Numbered from the stretch's first letter, positions 29,423-46,636 are shown. The stretch is DNA of 64,000 bases from Eledone cirrhosa (GCA_964016885.1 OZ024746.1:76942001-77006000); one strand, 5' to 3'. Notes: generated by a model from the letters alone, not told the origin. A program made the numbers and translations.

Positions 29423-31074
29423 CTCAAGAACAACAAGGCTCCAGGAATGGATGAAATTTCTGCAGAAATTCAGAAGGCAGGTGGTGGTGCCATTGCCAAA
29501 TATCTCGTAAATTTATTGATCAATTGTGTGTGTGACAGCTCACACCTATGCAGGTTTAGCTGGCCTCCTCCAAGGCATATCTCGTTGGAGGTGTCTTATC
29601 ATCTCATTTCTACAGCTGAGTAAAAGGAGCAACGTGAAATAAAGTGTCTTGCTCAAGGAAACAACACATCACCCGGTCCGAGAATTGAACTCACAACCTT
29701 TTGATTGCAAGCCCAATGTTCTAACCACTAAGCCATGCGCCTTGTGTGGTGTTTGAACAATTGCTGACAAAGACAATGTGTTTCTAACGACTGGAGAAAG
29801 GGAATTATTGTCAAACTTCTAAAGAAAGGTTCCATCAGCAACTGTGGCAATTGGCGAGGAATTACTCTCTTCTGTTTAGTGCTTCTCAATCGGCTCAGAA
29901 CAGCTGTGGATGCAGGGCTGAGAGAGAAGAAGGCCAGACTCAGAGCAGGAAGATCCTGCACAGATCAAATATTTACTCTTCGAAATGCTGTAGAACAGAG
30001 TCTGGAATTCAATGTGCCACTCAAGATAAATTTCATTGACTTCAAAAAGGCCTTTGATAGCATTCAAAGGGAGACGCTTTGGAACATTCTGGCAGTCTAT
30101 GGCATTCCAGAAAGATTAATCAATGTCTGCAAAAATATTTATCTGGATTCAAGCTGATGTGTCAAAGTTGCAAATAGCACCACAAGTTTCTTCCAAATTC
30201 ACACGGGTATTCGATAGGGCTGCATTCTGTCCCTTATGTTTTTTCTCACTGGAAATTCATGCTCAGACTCAAAACTTTGGTATCCAATGGACTGATTCTA
30301 AGAAGCTGACAGATTTCGCCGTTGATTTGGCATTATTGGGGAACAATTGGACAAATTCAAACAATGACAACACAGTTAGAAGAATCTGCAGCAAAAATTG
30401 GACTTGGAATTAACAGTGAAAAGACCAAAGTGATACAAGTTCGCAAGAAAATTGCTGAGAAACTGCATATTGAAACAGGCAATAGAAGATGTCAACCAAT
30501 TCACATATTTGGGCAGCATAATCTCCAATGAAGGCTTCACTGAGCTTGATGTAAACTGTAGAATTGGAAAGGCATCGGAGTATTTCAGCACATGAGAAGC
30601 ATTTGGTCATCGCAAATAATCTCCACGCCCATCAAACAACAGCTCTTCAACAACATTATAAACACAACTGCCATATATGGTAGTTAAACCTGGAAAATGA
30701 CTGCTAAAATTCTAAAAATACCCAAAGATACCCAAGAAAAATCCTGAAAATCACTTATCGAGACTGGATTACTTAATGTAGAGGAGCTGAAGAGAAGTAA
30801 ACAGAGGCTACTGACGGACACCATCATTAAAAGGTGCCTGAAACTGGCTGGACACATTCTGTGCATGTCTGACTACCGGAACTCCTCTGTGGCAATGAGA
30901 TGGATCCCAGTCGGTAGTAAGCAAGAAAACCTGGCGCTCAACTTTCAAAGATCTCCAGAGGATTGGACTGGACAGGGAAACTACGCAAGATGCCACAGCT
31001 GATCGTGTAAATTGGAGAAGACTCATTGCCCAATATGCCTCAGTGCATAGGAGGACCTAAGACTAAGACTAAGA
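29423..31074 (+). mobile_element. 5'-truncated, decayed RTE-clade LINE (RT domain to 3' end)
   Basis: LKNNKAPGMDEI, WRKGIIVKL, NWRGITL, GRSCTDQIFTLR, FIDFKKAFDSI. Stops and frameshifts present; 3' tail (TAAGAC)n. Confidence 0.92.
29526..29743 (-). mobile_element. CORE-like SINE nested in the RTE LINE
   Basis: Reverse complement of the 2423 SINE head, interrupting the RT coding sequence. Confidence 0.85.
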
Positions 31075-31470
31075 TATTTACATAAAAACCTTTCATCATA
31101 ATTTTATGTAGGAACCTTTATTATATCATGTTCCAAACACCATCTTAATAATGAAACAGTTATTTATATTGGTAAATCCTTCAAATCATATTTTCAAAAT
31201 GACTTTACAATAATAGACAGCATCTTTCATTTGAAATATGGCAACAAAAGGGTTAGACCACAATAGATATTTTACGTCAAAAAAATAAAAAATGGTGTGA
31301 TTTCCACTGTTAGAAAGTATTTAATCATAGGTTTGCTCGACAACAACGAAGATGGCGACGATAATACATTCAGCGGTCTCATATAATTATTGAGGTAGCT
31401 GGGATTATATCTCAGCTTAAAATACCCACAGTGGCACATACTATGTATGTGTGTGTGTGTATATATATAT

Positions 31471-31768
31471 ATTAGAAAGCGAGGTTTTTTTACAAAATGA
31501 AAAATAACCGAGGTGTCCTACACGAGTGAAAGTATAAAGAAAAAAAGATGAAATCGAAAATGCAACTGGAGTCTTATTTAAAATATATATATATATATTT
31601 ATTTGGTTCCTTTGCCGGTTTCGCAGTTCTTCTGATTTTCAAAAGTAGAGTTGAGATGGAGGGTCTGTCGTTTTTCTCATATGAGAAGAACCGCGAAACC
31701 GGTAAAGGAACCAAATAAATATATATATATATTTTTAAATAAGACTCCAGTTGCATTTTCGATTTCAT

Positions 31769-31773
<5 letters not shown>
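31471..31773 (-). mobile_element. Fold-back TA-tract insert (arms 31542-31632 / 31684-31773) with hammerhead 3' half
   Basis: ~90-bp inverted arms and a GAAA-CCGG-TA palindromic motif. Same family as 8255-8442. Confidence 0.75.
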
Positions 31774-31826
<53 letters not shown>

Positions 31827-31847
31827 ATGTATATATGAGAAAGTATG

Positions 31848-31946
31848 ACCCCGACGGCAGAGCTCAAGCCGTTTTGACGGCTATTTCTGGACTAAAGTAA
31901 GAGTTTTTTTAGTCTGGTAAATAAATAGCCGAACTTTTCAAGGGGT
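31848..31946 (-). ncRNA. Full-length but decayed type I hammerhead (family B)
   Basis: The minus strand reads acccc-TTGAAAA-g..cggctattt...aaatagccgtc-AAAA-cggc..gccg-TC-ggggt. Three core substitutions, all stems intact. Confidence 0.7.
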
Positions 31947-32582
31947 ACTTCCTTATATGGGAAGATTGTAGTTGTCAAGAGGATTGGTCAAAATTTGTAC
32001 CAGACACAGAAAAGTCTATCATGGCAGTGGGTGCGGGGTGGGGTGGCCGAACTTGCCTGTAGAACAATAGGGGAGTGGGTAGAGCCGGTCAATCGTTGAA
32101 GGTGAAATCTACACGGCAAATTCTAAGGAATGTGTATGAAAGTAGGCCAGGGGAGGTAGGCGAAAAAAGGTTTCTTTAGAAAATGGAGGAGGGACGTTAT
32201 AGAAAAGGTAAATCAAATGAGAATTGGGGGACAAAGAAAAAATATAATAAAAAAGAATATTACCCACTCTACTACCCTAAGTATTGAGTACTCTGGTTCG
32301 TTATGGTCCATCTGGTTCCTTACCACAACTCCTTCGTTATATATATATACATGGCACGAACTGCAGAGCTCAAAGTTTTAATAAAAAGGTTTCTTATATA
32401 GGCACAAGGCCAGCAAAATTTTAATAAAATAACAATGAATAACGAGTTAAGATTTCTGGTTATTCATTGTTATTTTATATATATATATATATTTATTTAT
32501 TTATTAAAATAACAGATTAAAGTTTCAGCAAAGAATCGCTGCCGAGCCCTCTTTGGATTTTAGTCTTCACATTTATTATTAT

Positions 32583-33887
<1,305 letters not shown>

Positions 33888-35526
33888 TGTAGGCATCATT
33901 AACAGCGATAATCGGTTCAAATGAGACACTGGCTCTGATTCAGGCAACTCCAGACCTGAACGAATACATGATAAACAATGTTTGAGCTACATAATTCTTT
34001 TTGATTTACTCTTAATGCAACGTCTTATCTTGGCTTTTAATAATATACGTATCTATCAGCAAGGTTTGTAAAGGTGGTGGGTACTGAAACATACGCTGGT
34101 ATCTAGGAGACGTACAAGTAATCGGGATTGTGTTAAGGCATTCTTAAGCTATACTGTCGTTACCAACGACTACGCGATAATTATCACAGGTGAGTTAAGT
34201 CCAAGAAATAAATTCTCCTACGTACAGCAGTTGGTTCTGATTTCCCAGAATATGAAGGAACGTTGTGGAATGGACCTCCGTCGGTTTCGACAAACACTGT
34301 TCCGATTATTTGATCAACGGAACAGTCTGCTTGTGTAAGTGGAGTAGCTGAGTATTCCACAGAGATGTGTACCCTTGACACAGCATGCGACAAGAGTGAC
34401 CCTTTGAGTTATAAGTACACTACATCCGGCAGGCTTCAAAACAGCTTCCGTCGACCCAGTTTCACTCTCAAGCCTTAGTAAATGATGCTTGTCCGCGATG
34501 TTACGCAGTGTGGTCAAACACGGGGCCTAATAATTGCGAAGCGAACTTCATAACCAGTTGACCATGCTGCCTCCACTAGAGTAACATTGCACTAACCAAA
34601 CAAACCCCAGCTACAAAAATATTCTATTTCTTCAAAAATAAATTACTACATGCAAGGCCGGCGACTGAGTATTTAACATCTTACGTCAGCTCAACAATAT
34701 GCGCCCCATTCTCCCAAATAAGATAATTTCAACAGATAATTTGGCAATCTGACACAGCTAGATTTTGGCACTCCTTGCTTTTAGCAGACGAAAGAAAATT
34801 ACTAAACCTGCATTCCCACTATCAGTCCACATTCTCCAATTCCAAGTCATGCAACAGGGTCGTAATACCATACGGCTCTCTCTACCACTTAAGATATTTC
34901 CACTCTGTTACTTCACAGCAAAGATGTTTAGTGATTCATTTATTGAGTGCAAGAAATTGTTATATATTTTATTTAATTATAGAAAATTGTATAAAACTGT
35001 GATCCTTTAAGATTCAATAATGCACCTCTCTCAGATCTGCGCCCCAAGGCGGCTGTCTAATTAACTTTAATGGTAGCGCAGACTCAAGTTACGTGTCAAA
35101 GGTAGATGTACTTAAGTTTCTGCAAAATGTCCTACGTGACCCGAATATACTGTCCATCTGATTGCTATGTCGTCTATGTGGATTTTTGTTTTTATACGTG
35201 TGCCAATCTCATTGGCTCAACTTTGGCATGTCTTATCATGTATTAGGTAATTGTTACACTGCGAAGTCGCGTGGATTAGTGGTTGAAGTATTCGACTCAC
35301 AGTCTCCAATATATATTTATTGTATGTTTAAGACGACAGAGTCTGACACTGACACATACACACACACACACACACACACTGAATTGATTTTATAATTGTC
35401 GCCGTATTTTTTGACTTTTCTGTAGGCGAAAAATACGGCGAAAGTTACTAATTCAATTAAGTTTTCAAATTCCACCGTCGTCTTCTAATTAGGTGATGTT
35501 TACACACGCACCCTCCTCTCTCCCCC

Positions 35527-35569
<43 letters not shown>

Positions 35570-35877
35570 AAAGAATAGAGGTGTATATATATATATATAT
35601 ACGGTCTGCTTCTCTGACCGCTCATGAAATTCACCCAGCTTATGCTGATCGGATAACTACCATGTGGCTTGCTGTTTTCCAACCTTCGGTTTGCTTTTCC
35701 TTCTGTTGTTTACTTGTCTCACTCGCTTTACGCGTTTCACTTGTCCCAATAGCTTATTTTAGTTATTGCTCGCACCAACCTGAGGTATCTGATTTTTAAT
35801 GCGATGAAATACCAATGATGGTTGGCAAAATCACTGATGAGGGACTAATTTTATGCAGTATTCTTCTTCCCCTTGTT

Positions 35878-35945
<68 letters not shown>

Positions 35946-36577
35946 GGTAGTTTCTATCATTTGACTGCAGACCATTCTGTCGATCTGTTGACGGCAGACC
36001 ATATAGCCGATCTTGTCAAGTATATTAATTTTTCAAGTCTGGTACTTATTTTATCGCTCTCCTTTTTTGGAAACGCAAAGTGACGAGATGTAAACACCCC
36101 TCCTCACACACATATATATATAAATACACACACATATATACATATATACACACATATAAACACACACACACACACGCATACATACCTACATACATACATG
36201 CTTCTGCAGTTTCTGTCATCCTAATTTCATTCACAAGGCCACTGGTCAACCCGAGACTAGAGTAGAAGACACTTACCCAAGGTACCAGGCAGTGGGAGTG
36301 AACCTGAAACCACGTGGTTGCGAAGCTATCGCTTTAGCCACACACTTATGTCCTGTGTGTATGTGTTAGACATCCGTGTTCCAGCTCGTGACACAGTGTG
36401 TGACAAGGAGAGACCTTTGAATTGTAGGGACAACTGAGTTTTTCTCAGCTGAATGGAGTAAGGCAGCCTGAAATTATATTTCTTGATAAAGAGCTCAACG
36501 CGCTGCCGGTAATCGATTTTACGACTTTACGATCATAGCCGAACATTCTAACCACAAAGTCACGTGATTCCATAACC

Positions 36578-36617
<40 letters not shown>

Positions 36618-37114
36618 ATTGTATTTGGTCATGACTGACAATAGGTTATGAACCCGTTACTGACTTCCACATCCTGAATAGCATCATTATCATCATCATC
36701 ATCATTGTCTTTACCATCACCACCACCGTCCTCCGCCTCCTCATCAACAACAACTACAACAAATCCAGGCAACAACGCAACATTACCATACTCCTTAACC
36801 CTCCTATCTCTGTTTCTGTCTTATGACGAGAGTTCACTGAGTAACAAGATACTTCTTGTGGCATAGAAACACTCAGATTTGATTTCTAATGAGAAGCGGT
36901 TCTTTTATAAACTGGTTTAATATATTAAAACAACAATTTTCTGCTTATTGTCATCAAAGAATATCGTCTGTCTGCCGTGTTTTAATTAGGAGAGCTATTT
37001 CATTGCCATCCTTTGTTCCTGAGATTACTTTAAGGACTTCATTCATAATAGCGGCCATTTTTCTACAGTTATCTTCTATTTTTACAGGTTGTTTTATTAT
37101 TATTATTATTATTG

Positions 37115-37178
<64 letters not shown>

Positions 37179-37626
37179 TATTATTATCATTATCATCATC
37201 ATCATCATTATTATCCTGTTTCCAGAATAATAAATATGATGACATTAATCGGGCCGCGTAAAATAAATGGAAAGATCAACATCAAAACACTGACATACAC
37301 CAAAACGAGATTTAGGTCACACAACAGCATCAGTCAGCCGACTGACTAAGCCTTTTCCCCTAAGTAGACTGTAAAACAAATGTAAAAAGAAAACAACAAC
37401 AAAACAACTACAACAGCGACAAAACTATGGATATTTTCTCGATGAAAATCAACCAGCACGGTCTTTTTAGTAAACAAAAGTTGACACTAAAAATGATATG
37501 GCAGCCGTAAATGTCGGTTATTGTTCTACGCTGTACCTGGTAACACACAGACAAAATACCCAAGACGTTGGTAAATGAGATTCACAAATCCGTACACATG
37601 ATCTTGTATGGATGGCGGTTTACAGC

Positions 37627-37683
<57 letters not shown>

Positions 37684-37732
37684 TGAGAGAGAGAGAGAGT
37701 GAGAGAGCGTGAGAGAGAGAGAGGAAGAGAGC

Positions 37733-37777
<45 letters not shown>

Positions 37778-37915
37778 TGAGAGAGAGAGAGGAAGAGAGA
37801 GAGAGAGAGAGAGAAAATCAATGTAGATTTTTCTTATTCATGTCCGCAGTCGTATTGAATAGAGTTGAAGTTGACGTTGGGTCGCGTCATCCAATCCATT
37901 AACTATATTACGTGC

Positions 37916-37975
<60 letters not shown>

Positions 37976-38091
37976 AGAGAGAGAGAGAGATAGAGAGAGA
38001 GAGTGAGAGAGAGTGAGAGTGAGAGTGAAAGATGCGCGCGTGTGTGTGTATGTGCGTTTATACATATACATTATACGTGTACACACATATA

Positions 38092-38174
<83 letters not shown>

Positions 38175-38182
<8 letters not shown>

Positions 38183-38891
38183 TATAGAGAAAAATACTGC
38201 AGGTAGCACATGGGTAACATGTAATAAAATAAGTCCCTCATCAGTGATTTGCCGACGATCATAGATATTTCATTGCATTAAAAGTCATATATCTCACTTC
38301 GGTGCAATAATAACCAAAATAAGTTATTAGGACAATTAAAACGCGTAAAGCGAGTGAGACAGGAGAACAACAGAAAATATAGCATACCGTAGGGGAGAAA
38401 CAAGCTTCAAAAATTATTCTGTTTAGCATAAGCTAGGTGAATATATGAGCGCTTAGAGAATAGAACCTACACGAACGAGGGCTATGAGCAGAGAGAGAAA
38501 AAATAGCGTTCGTGAGTGCAGGATGAAATGAAGAGAAGAGGGAGAAAAACAGTGAGTGAGTGAAAGTGTGAGGAAGAGTTAACGGACAAGACAGAGGGGG
38601 AGAAACAGAGAGAATGGGGGAACAGTAAGAGAGAGAGAAAAAACACAGAATCGCAGTGGTAAATATATGTATTAAAATATAGAGAAAAATACTGCAGGTA
38701 GCACATGGGTAACATGTAATAAAATAAGTCCCTCATCAGTGATTTGCCGAAGATCATAGATATTTCATTGCATTAAAAATCATATATCTCACTTCGGTGC
38801 AATAATAACCAAAATAAGTTATTAGGACAATTAAAACGCGTAAAGCGAGTGAGACAGGAGAACAACAGAAAATATAGCATACCGTAGGGGA
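38175..38891 (-). mobile_element. ~495-bp unit present as ~1.45 tandem copies (direct repeats 38175-38396 / 38670-38891), TA-tract family
   Basis: 222-bp near-identical direct repeats. Relatives at 35600-35880, 51660-51760 and 54710-55375. Confidence 0.8.
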
Positions 38892-38966
38892 ATATATATA
38901 TACACACACATATATGCACATATATACATATATACACAAATATATGTATGTTTACATACGCGCGCG

Positions 38967-39038
<72 letters not shown>

Positions 39039-39357
39039 GTAGAACACTGGAAGGTAATATCCGTAGTGGGTGAGCACTCAGTCCATGGGACGAGTTAGGT
39101 AGAAGTGGTTATATATATGTATATATATCACAGAAAAAAAGAGAATCAGTGTTGCGACGAATGGAATTTATTGGACATATTACAATCGTTTCTCTGGCGA
39201 CCTGCTCGAGGCACGATGTATGTGATGATCGAACCTGACTCTGAAAATCGCAAGGTCCTCAGATACGTCTTGATTCTACGAAGCAGATTTTCCTGTTGCT
39301 CAAACGGCCTACCGCATGCGGACGCTTTAAGCATCCAACACCAATTATATATATATA

Positions 39358-40641
39358 CTAGCATAGGCACCCGGCGTTGCCCGGGAATGAAATTGTTCCT
39401 TACATATTACAAGAAAAGAGCAAAATATGTTGTATAGAAATGTGTTATTCTAAATTCAATTTATTCTTCAATTGGGACACACGATGAAATCAATTCTGAG
39501 TTCATAAAAAAAAAATTGTTGTGAGCAAAATAAATTTCCAATTTCATGGAGGAGGGGGGGGGGCTAAGAAAGGGTCATGTGTGTGTTCACCTTTAACCAA
39601 AGAAAGCAAATGTTGTTAGGAAAAATAAGTAAAGGTAACCAGGGCTTGTTAAGAAGAGCGATAACGTACCTGTCTGTCCATTGTAGCGCTTATAACACTG
39701 TTTTAGCGGATGCTGGTCGATATGAATTTACTATTGCTGTAGCCATCAAACAATTTTAAGTAGGGCCCCTTAAATAGGGTTGTGTGTGCGTTCACTGACA
39801 GCCCTAAAAATGAGGGCTCACCATCAACAATTTCGGCCCTAAAAAGGGCCGTTTGATCGTTCACTTGCAGCCCTTGAAAGGACTTTGACTGCGTTCTCTC
39901 TCTCTCTCGCTCTCTCTCCCGCTATCCCCCTCTTTTAGTCTGTCTGTTTCTTTCACTCTCACTCTTTCTCTTTATAACTCACTCACATTAATACTAAAGG
40001 GATAAGGTATTGTTCTCAAAATAAATAATATTAAATCTATGAGATTTTTATATTATGTGAGATAAAGCCTTTACCATGAAAATAATATAGTATATATAGA
40101 GTAATGTAAATGCTAAAGGGTTAACTCCATCAGACCATGTGAGAGAGTTTATAATCACTCACGCATGCAAAGGCACACAAACTCACACACACACGCGCAA
40201 TAGTTATTCCACTGTCATGTATCTTTGACGCATACAACTCTCAAAAGACGGCGTCTGTCACTCTCTCTCCCGCTATCCCCCTCTTTTAGTTTGTTTGTTT
40301 CTTTCCCTCTCACTCTTTCTCTCTGTAACTCGTTCACATTTCTCCCCTCTATCGATAAACGCTGTGACGAATGGGGAGAAGGAGGAGGAGGAGTAGAGAG
40401 CCACTTCTTCACTTCGCCTCTCCGTTTCTTTCTCTCCCCTCTCACTCCCTCATTATGTTCAGACATTGGCGACTTCACTAATTCGATCCCTAGGTCAGAA
40501 TAATTTGAAATTTTTTTTTGCTCAAAACACTTCCGGAGCCATACGGATTACATGTGTAAAGTTTGAAAAAAAACGGTTGGGTACTTCTCGAGTTTTAGGG
40601 AAACAGACACACAGACAGACATCCTGTTTTATATATATAGA
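39358..40641 (-). mobile_element. Non-autonomous Helitron
   Basis: Minus-strand 5' TCtatatatataaaacagg, 3' cccgggcaacgccggg..CTAG. Confidence 0.8.
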
Positions 40642-40938
40642 TATATATAAAATACATATATCATAAGAGTAGAAGAGAAAGAACTATGATATAATATATT
40701 AGATGCCAATAGCCGAAGCGTGCTCAATGCTTAGAGATACAATGTTAAATATTATAGAGAGGTTAATATTTAATGAGAGTAAGGTAGAGCAGATATAAGC
40801 AAAAATATATGAAGGAGAAGGCAATGCATTTAAAAATAAAATTTACTCCTTACACAGTTTTTCATCTAAGGCATAATAGCAATATAATAGATGTATATAT
40901 ATGTGTGTGCGTATGCATATATATTATTATACTATACA

Positions 40939-41862
40939 CTAGCAGTGGTACCCCGCGTTGCACGGGATAAGGTATTTTGGAACGCGGGCTGCCAACAGAC
41001 CTAATCGTGGAAAAACTGCATGCCTGGACAATATGTAAAGAAAATAAACCAAATACTCTGATGGCTGGATAATCTTTAAGATTTTCCCCGATGAAGCAAG
41101 AAAAATACAGGTTTTCACCTAATGCGGGCCCTAGGGGATCAAGAAAAATAAATTTGTTTAATGTGCATAATATGCCTTGAAATTTCAGGAAAAGCGACTA
41201 GACTTAACCCCTCCAAAAAGCCCTAAAAAGCTGAAAAAAAATGAAGTGTTTCACCTAATGCGGGCCCTACGCCATAAAAAAGTTGGATTTTCTTTGCTCA
41301 CTGTATGAAGAAGAGACTGACTAATACATAGTTACAATTTCAAGGGAATCGGTCTGACGTAACGCCTCAAATAACCCCTAAAAACCTGAAAAAAAACGCA
41401 GTTTTTCACCTAATGCGGGCCCTAGATAAAAAAAAATTTAATTTTTTATGTGCATAACACTCCTTGAAACATAAGTAATACACATGTAAAGTTTGGAAAG
41501 AATCGGTTCGGTACTTCTCGAGTTTTAGGGATTCAAACTCACAGACACACACACACACACATCCTCAGGGAAGTGACGTAATGCAGACAGCAGACATACA
41601 GACATATTATAAGGGCGCGACGTTATATGTATGTATCTATCTAAAAAGAGAAAGACTAAGAATTATAGAGAGAGATCGTTAAATCGCCTAATGCGGTCCC
41701 TAGGGCATTGAAAATTTGAAATTCTTTTTTGCTCAGAACATTCCCTGAAACATAAGCATTACATGTGTAAAGTTTGAAAACAGTCGGTTGGGTGGTTCTC
41801 GAGATTTAGGGATTCAAACTTACACACACACAGACAGACATCCTCAGTGTTATATATATAGA
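40939..41862 (-). mobile_element. Non-autonomous Helitron with internal repeats, inserted in the loop of a fold-back element
   Basis: TC...cccgtgcaacgcgggg..CTAG termini and four cctaatgcgggccta-like motifs. Flanks 40835-40930 / 41870-41966 are inverted repeats. Confidence 0.8.
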
Positions 41863-41968
41863 TAATCTATATAATAATATATATGCATACGCACATATAT
41901 ATATACACCTGTTATATTGCTATTATGCCTTAGAAGAAACACTGTGTAAGGAGTAAATTTATTTTTGC

Positions 41969-42029
<61 letters not shown>

Positions 42030-42113
42030 CAACATGACCCTCCCAAAGCATAGCAATATCGGTTTCAACACACGTTTTCAGATAAAGAATCTTGCTAAAC
42101 AAATTCAGAAACG

Positions 42114-42160
<47 letters not shown>

Positions 42161-42346
42161 TATTTGAGGAGGGTCACATTGTTATAATATTGCCAGAAAT
42201 AATAACAGAACACACTCACTGTTTGGTTTGGGTTGGTTTTCGCTTCTGTATCTTTTATATCTCCATAGTTAATTTATTTGGCAATCAATGTTTATCATTG
42301 ATTGACCAACGGTTAAAAATACAGATATAAATATATATATATAGTC

Positions 42347-42392
42347 TATCAAAGTTCTTTTGTCACACATCTGTGACATCATCAGTGGTACC
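42347..42392 (-). ncRNA. Decayed hammerhead-like motif
   Basis: The minus strand reads tacca-CTGATGA-tgtcaca-gatg-tgtgaca-AAA-gaac-TT-tgata. The G of GAAA is lost. It lies within inverted repeat 42223-42270 / 42428-42478. Confidence 0.45.
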
Positions 42393-45300
42393 ACAATGCT
42401 TCCTGTATTGTAAAGTCTACGCCATTTTTAACTATGGAGATATAAAAGATACACAAGCGAAAACCAACCCAAACCAAATTTGTTCATTTTTTTTATATAT
42501 GCACACATATATATATATGTAAAAAACGAATGAATATATAAATTACCACACTTACACACACACACCCAGTGTAACAATTAACTTGAGTAGAGATTGCCAG
42601 GTGGTTTAGTGGTATATAAGTATAATTGGTAATAAAGAGTTAACTGATCTGATAAGACGTGAAACACAAGATTAACATCTAGAAAGAAGGTACTCTATTT
42701 ACTTAACTTTTAACATACTGTTGTTAAGTGCTGCAACGAAATTGTTCGAATGCCGGCGATTCCGACGAACAGTGTTTTAGTTGATACGAACAACGAAATA
42801 ACCTGCTCGTGAAATCGACATGCAAGCGGCTGAGATTTCACAGACACGTGTACCCTTAAACCCATAAATCAATTTCTCAGGTGAGATTCAGCGTGACGCT
42901 GTGTGTGCCAAGGCCGGTCCTTTTGAATTACAGGTACAACAAATTCTTACCAGTTGAATGGACCGGAGCAATGTGCAATAAAGTATCTTGCTGAAGGACA
43001 CAACACATCGCCGGGTATCAAACTCACGACTGTATGATCGTGAGCCGAATAACCTCACCACTAAGCAAGGCACCTTCACGGCAATGAAATTATATTCTAA
43101 TTATATATTACAATATAGCAGTTTTTGTTGTTTTTCATTTTTTTAAAATTGCTGTCTGACCGCAAGGTCCCGTTCATTAATATCATAGATTAAATTGCTA
43201 CAGTAGGCTATTAATATGGGTCCTTAACTCCTAGTGGAGATGTAGGGGGTATCGTTGTGACATATGGGCGTGTCTTGGGTATTTTTAAAAACTGGTGGCG
43301 CCCATCCCTCACCAGATCAGAACACAGCCGATTTCTTCCAGAAAAAAGAGTGTCTGTTTGTGAGTGAGAGAGAGGACTTCATTATAGGATTGGTACTTTA
43401 TTTATCATCCTCAAAATTTGGAAAGCAAAGTTGACCTAAACAGGATTTGAACTTAGAACACAAAGCCAGAACGAACAGTATGAAACATTTTATCTGACGT
43501 TTTAACGACTCTGCCAATTCACCGCCTAGTTATCTATAAAGTCCCGTTTGTTAATAACATAGATTAGATTGATAAGAAACCCATTAGAATTAATGGCCTA
43601 TATCAGTGGTTCCTCACCTTTTCACTCCCAGGGGTCACCTTTATGTAAATGAATTTTCCAACAGCCCCACCCCCACATACACCACCATTAGAATTACTCC
43701 TATCCCAGCTTATTATACGACGTGACTAATAATCAAAAGAGAAAGATGTTTATACATAGTGAAGAATGTATACCCCAGGGGTCTCAAACACGCGGCCTGG
43801 GGGCCGCACATAGCCCACAAACTACTTTTTTATGATCTTGCGGCAGAACAATTTTCGTGACTAATATTTTCCTAAAACTTGATAATTTGTCCCTGTTTTA
43901 ATAATATTCAAAGTACAATTTATTCCATTTTACCAATGAAATACAATAAAATGGAAAAACCACAATTTATCAAGTGAAAATGGAAGAAAGGCAATTTACC
44001 AAAAGTAAAGTTTTTCCTCTTAAATTTTGTACTAGTTCACATATCCCACTTACTATCACGGTGGAAAGCTGGAGGGAAAATGAATTGTAATTCAAAAGGC
44101 TCGAATGAAAAAGCAAAATTGACCTCGGAGGGATTTGAACTCAGAGCCGGAACAAATACCGAGACAATTAATTTGCCGCACTAACGATTCTGCTAATTCC
44201 CCGTCCATAATGGAGTCAATCAGCAGTTTAATTTATAAATGTCTAACATTAACACACAGCAACAGAAACCTGTGTAGGTTAATTGACTGAATCGAACTCC
44301 GTAAATTACTGATACTTTGTCCATCCATCAAATCCACCAATCAGAGAGCAGTAAATGGTAAAGTTAATTCGAGTAAGAATTGAATTCAGAACGTTGAAAT
44401 ACTGTAAGGAACTCTACTTCTTTGACCACTCCACTCAGTTTAACAGCTAATTGTAGTGTCGGACAAACGGCTCTCGGTACTTCTTCTGGTTCTCTGTGTT
44501 CTAAGTTCAAATCTCACCGTGGTCAACTTCGCTTTTCATCCTTTCAGGACCGGTAAAATAAAAGTACCAATAGCAACAAAAATAACTACAAATAACTACA
44601 AATAATACTGATAACAACAACAACAGCAATATTAATTTAAGTGCAAGGCCAACAATTTTTGTTTTTATGGAGAGAGTTGATTGACGTAGGTACTTGACTT
44701 TACTGGTACCTGTAAGGACGAAAAGCAAAGTTGACCATGCCGGGGGGGGTTTGATCTCAGAACGTCAAGAACTGGAACAAATGTTAACTATTTTGCCAAC
44801 TCAGTGCTCCTCCTCCTACAACAACAACAGCAACAGCAACAACAACAGTTTCTAATGTTGGTACAAGGCCAGTAATTTGTGGGAAGAGGAAAATCGATTA
44901 ATTGAACCTCGGAATGATGAAAAGCAAAACTAACCTCAACGGAATTTGAACTCAGAACGTAAAGGAGCCGGAACAAATGCTATGGAGCATTTATCCGATT
45001 CTGCCAATCTACCATCCTTATATGATTTATAATTTAGGTACAAAGTTAGTAATATTGGGAGAAGGGTAAAGTCCTTTATTGACCGCAATAATTGACTGCT
45101 AGATGATTTTATCGACCTCGGAAGGATGAAAGGCAAAGTTGACCTCGATGTAAGGTAAAAATAAAATTATGACGAAGAAAATCCCTCAAAAAGGAGGAGA
45201 CTTTCGAAACGCCACAATAATAGGCCACGGTTACCGTGACCGCCAGGTCAAATGTCTTCTAAATTACAATAATAATAATTGTTTCTACTTTTGGCACAAG

Positions 45301-45572
45301 GCCAGCAATTAGCCAGTACATTACTGGTACTTTATTTTATTGACCCCGTAAGGATGAAAGGCAAAGTTAACCTCGACGGGATTTGAACTCAGACCGTAAA
45401 GGGACGTAACTATGCTGGAAAAGCAATTTAAGAGATGCAGAATTGTATATCTGTTAATTTGTTACAAGGTTAGCGACGATAAGATCAATCAAAGAAAAAG
45501 TTCAATAAATTACTCACTGTGAACATTTCCTTTATGGCTCCAATCTTCAAAAGACAAAAATGAAAGACAACT

Positions 45573-46530
<958 letters not shown>

Positions 46531-46574
46531 ATTGATTTCTCCCGAATGAAAGTTCTAGTCCTGTAGAAGCCATT

Positions 46575-46636
<62 letters not shown>

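Noticed and set aside
38238-38271. Canonical type II hammerhead in the 495-bp family
   Set aside because: Stem II cannot be closed next to GAAA and the NUH site is not conserved among copies. Kept only as an atypical candidate.
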